Source: Tricharina praecox
Taxonomy: Eukaryota
Length of the DNA stretch: 64,000 nt
NCBI RefSeq assembly: GCF_024521635.1
Contig: NW_026250411.1
Span: forward strand, 620,001-684,000
Direction of reading: 5' to 3'
Below are positions 1-10,915 of this stretch, in pieces. Made by a program: the position numbers and the translations under genes. Positions within the stretch are counted from its first letter, which is position 1. The number at the start of each line of letters is the position of its first letter. The notes under the pieces are model-generated. The model saw only the letters and a list, made by a program, of their open reading frames with translations. It was not told the origin of the DNA and searched no databases.

Positions 1-1383
1 AAAGAGAACGCCAGTGGAATCTGGAGCGGTCCATACCCTTACGTAGATCAGCATTCGATAACCAAATCGATTGGGAACGGGATTGCATACCAGCTTCTTC
101 TTGAGATCACCTCTCTGTATAACACCATTTTTGGCATTCTTGAGTTCCGCGATGATAGCTCTGATCAAACTCTCCAGGTGAATGGTTTCGCCAGTCCATC
201 GCTCGCTGCTCTTGCTGGATGCAGGTTTGCCCTTTAACCCACTGTCATCTTTGTGATCTTGTGCTAGTTTCCTGTCACGTAGATAGGCAAATTTCGTGAG
301 CGTGAGCTTGCTCGTGTTCATGCTTTTGGCCAGAACAGCGACCTTCTCAATATAGCCCATTTCCTTGAGCAAGGTCGTCCGGCCAGCGATGGACTTCTTA
401 TCTTGACCGGTGATCTTGGTAAGGTCCGGCTGGATCAATCCCTGTTCACGGTGCTTCCCAATCACCTCGAGACACTTGAAAACGGCGTTTGGCACCTGGT
501 GGGAGATCAGCATACGATCACAACGAGTGATAAGGGAACAAAAGCTTACCCTCTTCGGATCCGGGCCATGGCCTGTAAGTGTCCGCCACCGACGATCCTC
601 GCTCGCATACACTCGGAGATTGGCGTCGTCCTTATTCTCCCTCCATTTGTCGACTATTTCTCCCAGTGACATACCCCGGGATTCGTTTTTTGGGCCGACA
701 TTGAAGTCCTTCTGCTGTCTCAAAAGACCCCAGACATACTCCTGGAATTCTTCCTTGACGTTTGGAGTCCCCCAACACTCAGCAGCGATGCGGTCTCTCT
801 CAGCAGCAGCTTCATCGCCGTCGCCAGCCATGTCCTCATCTCCGTCTTCTTTTCGACCCTCCAATTGATCGGCCCAGAGAAGTTCACCAACATAATGTCG
901 CTCCTGACGGCTTTTGACATAGAAGTCATTGACGTACTTGAATAGCTCCTCGACGTCAGTGCCTAATAGTCGCAAAATTCATATCAGCACTAACTCGGTC
1001 GGATCGCACGAAACTAGACAGTGATAAATATCCCAAATCGGTGCCGCTTTCAAGTCTCGAACCTATCACATTCCCAAGGGAAAAGTGACAAAGCGAGCAT
1101 TCAAGCAGCCACGTCCCAACAGGGTAATGTGTTTGGGTTCACACTAGAACCCAGTAGCGTCAAACTGTAACCAGAATGTGAAATTTTGCGACGGGAGATC
1201 GCGATGTTGATGATGGCATTGGTGAGCAGGCATGCCCCACCACTGCATCTCGATTCCTTTTTTTATTTTTCGCCACAGAAAAGCGACTGCAACGAGAGAG
1301 AACATGAAAAAATATAACATACCTTCAGCACCATCAATGGCGACCTCTTCGAGGACGTAGTTCAATAGAGCTTTCACACTCAT
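1..1383 (-). CDS. TFC3: TFIIIC B-block binding subunit (Tfc3/Sfc3), 5' part; gene runs off the left edge
   Basis: Exon 1 1383-1323 (MSVKALLNYVLEEVAIDGAEG), intron 1322-963 (GTATGT...TAG). Downstream spliced reading gives LRVYASEDRRWRTLTGHGPDPKR and VPNAVFKCLEVIGKHREQGLIQPDLTKITGQDKKSIAGRTTLLKEMGYIEK, matching the B-block_TFIIIC winged-helix pattern. Confidence 0.9.
1053..1063 (-). promoter_or_regulatory. Second, weaker B-box-like element (GGTTCGAGACT) inside TFC3 intron 1
   Basis: Matches the GTTCRANNC core and has the same orientation as the upstream B-box. Confidence 0.35.
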
Positions 1384-1489
1384 CGCGGAGCTTTGAGCAT
1401 GGGGAGATTGAGTCGAGAAGTTGTAGGGATGGTGTAGAAATCGAGATGTGTGTAGGAGGGTGAAGAGTTAAAAGTAAAAAGGATGGTGG

Positions 1490-1500
1490 GGAATCGAACC
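1490..1500 (-). promoter_or_regulatory. Consensus Pol III B-box (GGTTCGATTCC) without a tRNA; candidate extra-TFIIIC (ETC/COC) site
   Basis: The + strand ggaatcgaacc at 1490-1500 is GGTTCGATTCC on the - strand, about 107 nt upstream of the TFC3 ATG. I found no A-box or cloverleaf around it. Confidence 0.7.
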
Positions 1501-1660
1501 ACCACTTCCATGTCACATGCTTGTGCTAAGTAAGCGACAATTTGTGTTACCCGGTGAAAGGTGGTTTAGCTAGTGCAAGAAACGAGGCTAGAGCTTTCTA
1601 TGATATCAGAACCCCACCAGCCAGTCCCCACTCTCTCCATTCACGCGAAACAAAACAGCA

Positions 1661-2269
1661 ATGGAATCTACTATCGTATACCCCCGAGTGACAATCCAGT
1701 ACTGTACTCAATGCAAATGGCTTCTCCGTATTTATTTCCTGTGATCTCAAGCTTTCGATCGGACAATTCTGATGGCTTCGTACAGGCGCCGCATATGTAA
1801 GATCCGGACGAGCTGCTTGTTAAAAGCTCATGCACTGATTGTAGAAGTTTGCACAAGAGCTACTCTCCACATTCTCGACTTCGCTAGGTGAAGTCTCGCT
1901 CCAACCCTCGACCGGAGGAACCTTCGTGGTGAACATCTACCACAAAGAAGACACTTCCTCGAGCGAGGTGACGACTACGAATTTGTGGGATCGTAAGACA
2001 GAGGGTGGCTTTCCGGAGACGAAGGTAGAGTTGTTCTGGAAATTAGAAAACAGCCGTTGACATTTTTATAGCTGCTAAAGCAACGGGTCAGGAATGTGAT
2101 CGACCCGGGACGAGACCTGGGGCATGTAGACGGGAGGAAGGCCATCAAGGAGGGCACTACTGCTTCGGCTTCAGCTCCGGCACAAGAGGGACACCAGGCC
2201 GAGAAATCCGGTGCTACGGCGTGCGTTCCGAAAGACGGTGCAAAGGAGGTTTGCGAAGACTGTCAATGA
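1661..2269 (+). CDS. Rdx family (SelT/SelW/SelH-like) thioredoxin-fold protein, Cys form; 3 introns
   Basis: Spliced product MESTIVYPRVTIQYCTQCKWLLRAAY-FAQELLSTFSTSLGEVSLQPSTGGTF...LWDRKTEGGFPETK-LLKQRVRNVIDPGRDLGHVD...CEDCQ*. CxxC, WDRK and GGFP are Rdx hallmarks. Confidence 0.9.
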
Positions 2270-2618
2270 GATTGGCTGTGAGTGTCGTTGTGTACGTCAA
2301 GTCTGTAGAATATCAATCCTTCAAACGAGTTCGTGATCCAGACCTCCCTCGGAGTTTGTTCCCAGTGATGCTCTTCCCGCTTAACAAGCCGCGATCATAG
2401 AGGTACAGACTGCTCACCTAGATCGCAGTCGTCATCATATTCCCCCCATACATCACCTCCAGGCCAAATGACGTATTCTCTAGTACGTCACAGCACCGTA
2501 TAGGCCGTGGGATGCTCTGTGCCGTGGGTACATATTCGCCTCCTCGCGCATATGCAGATCCTTTCTTCCAGCATTTATTCCACTCCATCCGCACACTCAC
2601 AACTTTCGATTCTACACA

Positions 2619-3061
2619 ATGCAAACAATCGCACGCTCCCGCATCTCGAATCTGATCTCTTCACGCTGCTTCTCCACTACACGAATCGTCATGACTTCAC
2701 CGCCGTCTCAAGTTAAGGCCCATTTGCAGTGGGTTAAGGGTGCCGGAACTGTTCGTATAATCACTTCTACCTCTTCGTTTCATCCAGTTCTGACAGTCCA
2801 CAGGAGATGCTCGGCTCGATGCTTTCCACACCCCTCAAAGAGTCCGGTGCGGCTACAAAGGAGGCCGCAGTGAACGAGATGAGAGCCGCAAAGGAAATCG
2901 GGGATCGGAAGGTCGAGCGTAACATCGCTGAAGAGGGCCCGATGAGATTGAGTGCTGAGGGGAAATCAGAAGGGTTGTTTGGTAAGGTGGTTGGCTGCGA
3001 GGGCATGAAGGAGCGTGGAGATGCAAAGATCAAGGCGGCGGAGACGAAGTCGGTGAATTGA
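2619..3061 (+). CDS. Small hydrophilic fungal protein (CsbD/LEA-like, GCEGM motif); 1 intron; possible mitochondrial presequence
   Basis: Intron 2751-2803 (GTTCGT...CTGAC...CAG) joins ORFs 2619 and 2807 in frame: ...AHLQWVKGAGT-EMLGSML...KVVGCEGMKERG. Confidence 0.7.
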
Positions 3062-3771
3062 GGGCTCTGGGCTATAAGGGAAATGTACGATATGAAATTA
3101 CAATAATGTTGAGATCGAGAAATCGCGTTAGCGGTGCGAGTTCGAAGTAGGATTCGTCACTACGCACTGGTGCTTTGATTCTCATCACGACACTAGACTA
3201 TTGACCAAAATTACGAATTAACAACTATACATGCTGGCTTCACCTAGATATTGTAGCCTAACATCATCAAGAAAAGAACCTATTGATGAGTGTAGTCACA
3301 GGGTCATCACTCGGATCCCCTGTCATCGGCTGCTTCGCCCAAGGGAGCTTTTGGGGGGTTTAATCATCATGACATTTCACCTAGTAGGCCATAGCATTCC
3401 ACCTTAGTAGATCATAAATCGGCTTCCCCCTCGCTGTCCGACCCCGCAGAGCAAGGGGCCCGATGCGAGATCACTTTTTGCCTCCGTCTGGTCTGTCCAG
3501 TATTTCAGAGCTCCCTTAGGGAAGTACTCACATGATGGAGGAAACGAAAGCAAGCACCGCGAAGCCTCACAACCGAACTAATATCCCTCACTCTCACATA
3601 TCTCCCAGCCATCACGTCCGCATAAGGGAGCACACAAAATACGATCGCCAGTATTGAACAAGGTGTGAGTAGGCTTAGAACCTGGATTAAAGGGAGCAGG
3701 ATCCCTTCCCCTTCCTGCTATCTTTCTCATCGACCCTATCTACCACCACAATCCTCTCAAACACCATCCAC

Positions 3772-4338
3772 ATGCACTTCCAACTCAGCATCCTCGCAAT
3801 CCTCTCGATCGTCGCTGTCTCCACCCTGGTGGCAGCTTCCGAACCCCCTTCCGTCAAGATTTTCGAGCTCCCCAACTTCTCCACCCCCGGCACCGACTCC
3901 CCGCAGACGTCCGCCGACCAAGAGAACGCCCATTCTCCCTCGCCAATTGTTCGTCTCTCCTCGACCTCCAACGATACCTACATCTACAAGTTGCCGACCT
4001 CCTCGGAAGCATGGGCCATGCTCACCTGCGAGACGTCCTGGGCCTCTCCAACGTTCTCGGAGATCGACGAGCTCATCAAGCGCGCAGGGATACCGCACAA
4101 GGGCTTGATCAAGTGTCGTTACTTCCAGGACAACGGTGTTGGCTCCTACTGCAAAAAGGTGGTGCACTACAAGGGCGGCGAGATCAGCTTGTGTGGGAAG
4201 TATCAGTACGGTCTTACTTGTGAGAGTGTTTTGTATGCTGCAATGCAGGTGAGGGATAGGTGTGGACATCAGGAAAAGAGTAGGGCTGGTGGTTACTATC
4301 GCTTCAACAAGGTGAAGCTGAGGGTCATGGTTCATTAG
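3772..4338 (+). CDS. Small secreted cysteine-rich protein, copy 1 (effector/killer-toxin-like)
   Basis: 188 aa, intronless. Hydrophobic signal peptide, S/P-rich linker, and a ~105 aa C-terminal domain with 6 Cys starting CETSWASP. Confidence 0.85.
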   Translation: MHFQLSILAILSIVAVSTLVAASEPPSVKIFELPNFSTPGTDSPQTSADQENAHSPSPIVRLSSTSNDTYIYKLPTSSEAWAMLTCETSWASPTFSEIDELIKRAGIPHKGLIKCRYFQDNGVGSYCKKVVHYKGGEISLCGKYQYGLTCESVLYAAMQVRDRCGHQEKSRAGGYYRFNKVKLRVMVH

Positions 4339-4815
4339 ATCTACTTAGCTTGGTCTACGAAGGAGATATGCAATCTTTAGGTGGATAAATCACTTTTGTC
4401 TCTGCTGGCCTACCACATGGCGGATTTCCAACAGGCTTCCGATGCTCCTTGTGAGTGACTTTGCTGTCAGCCCATGCCTTGGCTTTCTTCCACTTAGCTT
4501 CCGAAATCCCGCGCTTCAGATAGGCAAGCGATGGGGGTGACAGAGGTCTGGTGCCATACTGGTGCAGGCAATGAGTCCCCTCCACTCCGCGAGCGGTAGG
4601 GTTGTCGACTTAAGGGAGCTCAGCGTACGATCGCCAGTGTTGGATGAGGTGCGAGTGATAACACCTGAAGGGCTTGGGAACCCGGATTGAAGGAAGCATG
4701 ATCTCTTCTCCTTCCTGCCTTCTTTCTCATCATCCCTATCTACCACCCTTCTCCTTCCGGCTTTCTTTCTCCTCAAACCACATCTACCACCACCATCTTC
4801 TCGAACACCATCAAC

Positions 4816-5376
4816 ATGCGCTTCCGCCTCAGCATCCTCGCAGTCCTCTCGACCGTCGCTGTCTCCACCCTGGTGGCAGCGTCCGGCTCCGGCAGCTTCA
4901 CCAAGGGGGCTTCCGAACACTCCTCCGTCAAGATCTTCGAGCTCCCCAACTTCTCGGCCCCGGGCAGCGACTCTCCCGCGCCGGTTGTTCGTCTCTCCCC
5001 CGGCTCCAACGCCACCTACATCTACACGTTGCCGACCTCCTCGGAAGCATGGGCCATGCTCACCTGCGAGACGTCCTGGGCCTCTCCAACGTTCTCGGAG
5101 ATCGACGAGCTCATCAAGCGCGCAGGGATACCGCACAAGGGCTTGATCAAGTGTCGTTACTTCCAGGACAACGGTGTTGGCTCCTACTGCAAAAAGGTGG
5201 TGCACTACAAGGGCGGCGAGATCAGCATGTGTGGGAAGTTTCTGCAAGGTCTTACTTGTGAGAGTGTTGTGTATGCTGCTATGCAGGTGAGGGATAGGTG
5301 TGGACATCAGGAAAAGAGTAGGGCTGGTGGTTACTATCGCTTCAACAAGGTGAAGCTGAGGGTCGTGGTTCATTAG
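4816..5376 (+). CDS. Small secreted cysteine-rich protein, copy 2 (chimeric paralog)
   Basis: 186 aa. N-terminus and upstream DNA resemble copy 3; the Cys domain is nearly identical to copy 1. Confidence 0.85.
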   Translation: MRFRLSILAVLSTVAVSTLVAASGSGSFTKGASEHSSVKIFELPNFSAPGSDSPAPVVRLSPGSNATYIYTLPTSSEAWAMLTCETSWASPTFSEIDELIKRAGIPHKGLIKCRYFQDNGVGSYCKKVVHYKGGEISMCGKFLQGLTCESVVYAAMQVRDRCGHQEKSRAGGYYRFNKVKLRVVVH

Positions 5377-5854
5377 TTTTACGACTGCTTGGTCTACGAA
5401 GGAGATATGCAATCTTTAGGTGGATAAATCACTTTTGTCTCTGCTGGCCTACCGCGTTGCGGATTTCCAACAGGCTTCTAATACTTCGTGTGAGTGACTT
5501 TGCTGTCAACCCATGCCTTAGCTTCCTTCCACTTAGCTTCCGAAATCCCGCGCTTCAGATAGGCAAGCGATGGGGGTGACAGAGGTCTGGTGCCATACTG
5601 GTGCAGGCAACGAGTCCCCTCCACTCCGCGAGCGGTAGGGTTGTCGACTTAAGGGAGCTCAGCGTACGATCGCCAGTGTTGGATGAGGTGCGAGTGATAA
5701 CACCTGAAGGGCTTGGGAACCCGGATTGAAGGAAGCATGATCTCTTCTCCTTCCTGCCTTCTTTCTCATCATCCCTATCTACCACCCTTCTCCTTCCGGC
5801 TTTCTTTCTCCTCAAACCACATCTACCACCACCATCTTCTCGAACACCATCAAC

Positions 5855-6430
5855 ATGCGCTTCCGCCTCAGCATCCTCGCAGTCCTCTCGATCGTCGCTG
5901 TCTCCACCCTGGTTGCAGCGTCCGGCTCCGGCGGCTTCACCAAGGAGGCTTCCGAACCATCCTCTGTCAAGATCTTCGAGTTGCCCGACTTCTCCACCCC
6001 GGGCACCGACAAGAACGAAGCTCACTCTCCCACGCCGACTGTTCGTCTCTCCCCCGGCTCTAACGCTACCTACATCTACACGTTGCCGACCTCCTCGGAA
6101 GCATGGGCCACGCTCCGCTGCGAGACGGCGTGGGCCTCCCCAACGTTCTCGGAGATCGACGAGCTGCTCAAGCTCGCCGCGATACCGGCCAAGGGCTGGA
6201 CCAAGTGCCGGCACTTCCAGGACAATGGTGTTGGCTCCTACTGCAAAAAGGTGGCGCACTACAAGGGCGACCAGATCAGCTTGTGTGGCGAGTTCCAGCA
6301 CGGTCTCGCTTGCGAAGGCGTGGTCTATGCTGCTAAGCAGGTGAGGGATAAGTGTGGACAGCAGGAAAAGAGTCGCGCTGGTGGTTACTTTCGCTCCAAC
6401 AAGGCGAAGCTGAGGGTCGCGGTTCATTAG
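5855..6430 (+). CDS. Small secreted cysteine-rich protein, copy 3
   Basis: 191 aa. Same 6-Cys spacing, more diverged mature domain (CETAWASP, KGWTKCRH). Confidence 0.85.
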   Translation: MRFRLSILAVLSIVAVSTLVAASGSGGFTKEASEPSSVKIFELPDFSTPGTDKNEAHSPTPTVRLSPGSNATYIYTLPTSSEAWATLRCETAWASPTFSEIDELLKLAAIPAKGWTKCRHFQDNGVGSYCKKVAHYKGDQISLCGEFQHGLACEGVVYAAKQVRDKCGQQEKSRAGGYFRSNKAKLRVAVH

Positions 6431-6956
6431 TTTTACGACTGCTTGGGCTACAGGCAATCGTTAGGCGAATAAAACACTTCTTTCTCTACTATCTAGCCCA
6501 CCCAGTCACGGATTTTCGTCAGGCTCTTCCCATTATCTTTCGGAGAAGGATGAAACTGACCATAAATGATGCCAGTATGTATACTGTCACCCGCACAAGT
6601 GACTCGAGCGCCTCTGCCTAAACTGGTGAAGGTTACCACATTAATGGTCCATAGACCATAGATCAGGAAGCACTCACCATAGCATCCACGGCAAGAATTT
6701 CCAACACCGCACGAAAACCTCGAGTGAGACTCGATGCACCTAGAAATCTCGTTTAACCGACGGCACGCTAGGAGTAAGGTTACGTCTTGGCTCCTGCTGC
6801 TGTCATAACCGTAGATTACGTTCCGTTGCTTTGCTTGCCTACCCGAACCTCGAACCTCACCGCACTCCGTCACCAACCATAACGCGTACGACACCCTCCT
6901 CTCACACATACACAACCAATCAGTCGTCCACCATTGATCTCCGGCACCTCGACGTG

Positions 6957-7295
6957 ATGGATTCCAGCGCCATCACGCAATTCCTCGACAGCATGTTCGT
7001 CCGCTCCGCACCTGTCGCCCACTCCCCACTCCCGCCTCCGAACTTTACTAACGAACGCCGGATTTTAAACAGAATGGAGTCGCCCGCCGTCACCGGCGTG
7101 ATCCTGTGCGATATCAAAAGCGGCCTGTGTCTGGGCGCGGCCGGGAAGGCGAAGGAAGACGACGCTCCGCAGTTGACGGTTGCTAGTAGGCAAGCTTGTG
7201 ACAACGAGGGTGTGGGCGTGGTGAGCTTGCGTGGTTCGAGGGTTGTCCTTAGGAGGGGGGAGACGGCGTTGGTAGGTGTTTTTAAGGATGTTTAG
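6957..7295 (+). CDS. LAMTOR5: Roadblock-fold protein resembling Ragulator subunit LAMTOR5 (HBXIP); 86 aa after splicing
   Basis: Intron 6995-7072 (GTTCGT...ACTAAC...CAG). Product MDSSAITQFLDSIMESPAVTGVILCDIKSGLCLGAAGKAKEDDA...VGVFKDV aligns by eye with LAMTOR5 as I recall it ([31 protein letters not shown]...VAVHK). Confidence 0.7.
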   Translation: MDSSAITQFLDSMFVRSAPVAHSPLPPPNFTNERRILNRMESPAVTGVILCDIKSGLCLGAAGKAKEDDAPQLTVASRQACDNEGVGVVSLRGSRVVLRRGETALVGVFKDV

Positions 7296-7723
7296 GAGGA
7301 GGGGGGTTTTGTGCGTTTTTTTTGTTTGAAGGCGTTGGGTTGGGCGCAGGGAGTTTCTTTTCTTGTCTTGTCTTATCTTCGACTACTGCTTGCTAGGTAT
7401 CTCCAAGCTTCACTTCTAATGTGTACCCACTGGACTGGACTGGACTGGACCGGGCCGCTCGTTTCAATAGATACCAAGTACATACAACGGTGGTGCCGCG
7501 GTTGCTTTCCTCAACCACCTGCCTGGATCGCTTGGTCTCCAACCTTCGAAATCCGTGTCCCCAATGCCTGCTGGTATCCATCCTATCGTTCTCCTGCCTG
7601 CTCTCTCGAGACTCGTAACAATAGGCGGTCCCACAGCAGGGGGTACAAATGCATTGGTTCAAGATACGTGTGCGCGCGTGGGTAGAGTGCGTTATGTCGG
7701 TGGTAGCAGCGGACGATCCATTC

Positions 7724-8283
7724 TCAAGCAGCCGACTGTCCACCTGTTTGCTCACTACAACCCGTGAGCTTGTGCTTCCTCGTCGCGGCAGCGATGGCGA
7801 CACCTACCCATACAGCTTCCTATAACCCGGCAGCGGGGCTCTCGAGATGTAAATACTGATGACTGCGGTCTTCACCTTCCTCGCCGTTTCCTTCTCAGGC
7901 AATGGCACGAACGGGTCCTCCTCGTCATCCCCCCCCTCCACTCCAGCTCCAGCTCCACCCAAAGGCTTCTTCTTCTTCTGCTTCTCCGGCGTCTCCCCTG
8001 TCGACAGCGCTGTGTATTGATACCACGTCTCCTGCCGCTCCTCCATCCGCCGCTTCACGATCTCGGCGATGCTAATGGCTTTTCCGGCGACAGCGGCTTT
8101 GGCGCGGATGCATACCGTGTTCGCGGCGGTGGGCGTGGGAGTAGCGGCGGCAGTGGTCGTGGCGGTGGACTCGGGGAAGAGGATGGACAGACACCGTGTA
8201 GTCTTTGCGCCGATCTTGTGCGAGGAGATGATATTTACGCACTGGAGGTCGCGGGGATCGGGAGTGAGATCTTCTGTGGCCAT
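7724..8283 (-). CDS. Alba-domain protein (Rpp25/Pop6-like RNase P/MRP subunit family)
   Basis: Alba core AKAAVAGKAISIAEIVKRR...WYQYT and ISIYISRAP. Intron 7807-7755 gives the YGEQT C-terminus. Confidence 0.8.
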
Positions 8284-8541
8284 AGTAGTGGTGGTGGTGG
8301 TTGCTTCGAGGAATTGTTTGTCGTTGTCCGTGCAGGTACTTGTGTTGGTAGGTGTGGTGGGTAAAAATTACATTGAACGCCCACACGGCTGTAGATAGAG
8401 TAACTAAGCGACCCCAGGCCAAGAGTTCCCGCTACTGTGGTTGTGGTCATGTCAAGGGCGGCGACAAACTAAGGAACCTCCAACACCACTCACTCACTCA
8501 CTCATCTCCACGACTATCACGACTACGATTATAACGACGCA

Positions 8542-10412
<1,871 letters not shown>

Positions 10413-10915
10413 AATGGAGCATGCACGCATAGCACCCTCCCAAGCTCCCACCACAACTACTTACTCATGTAAATTTTCTTCGGCGTTGAAGGCAGTTTTT
10501 GTTTCATTTCACTGGAAAGTTTCTTCAGCAAAAAAACCCATATATTTGGTATCACGACGAAAAGAAATAGCTCGCATATGATTGCGGCATACAAGAGAGT
10601 TAAACGGTACAAAATAAATCCGATAGCCGGACCCCGAACCAAAACAGACCAGACCAGACCAGACAAAACCACCAAACGCCCCAATGTATAGTTCATTCAG
10701 TCCTTATCTCCTCCTCTTCCTCCTCTCCTTCTCGATCCTCATTCACCCCCCCCCCTTGACACCATCCATCCACCCACTGAGAATTCCTCCACTTCTCGAC
10801 AAAGAGGTCGCCGTCACCTACCGGCCGACGGCGCCTCAGGAAAATAACGAAAACTGAAAAAGAAATGCCGTTCGACATATGGTAAGTGGAGAAGAATCCC
10901 GACTACGCCGCAGGT

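Larger units (their letters stand above)
3630..6445 (+). repeat. Tandem triplication, unit about 1.04 kb (gene plus spacer)
   Basis: 4492-4815 and 5531-5854 (offset 1039) differ at one position that I could find (4572 T / 5611 C). The coding parts are also repeated. Confidence 0.95.

Noticed and set aside
1470..1560. tRNA gene around the GGTTCGATTCC motif
   Set aside because: The T-stem pairs imperfectly, and I found no D-arm/A-box, anticodon arm or acceptor stem. Treated as an isolated B-box.
1661..2400. Selenoprotein (UGA recoding) in the SelW-like gene
   Set aside because: The motif is CTQC with ordinary Cys codons. There is no in-frame TGA and I recognised no SECIS.
3757..6457. Long antisense ORFs (192, 298 and 300 aa) over the secreted-protein genes
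   Set aside because: Shadow ORFs caused by GC-rich codon bias, repeated only because the DNA is repeated. No protein-like features, so not called as antitoxin or immunity genes.
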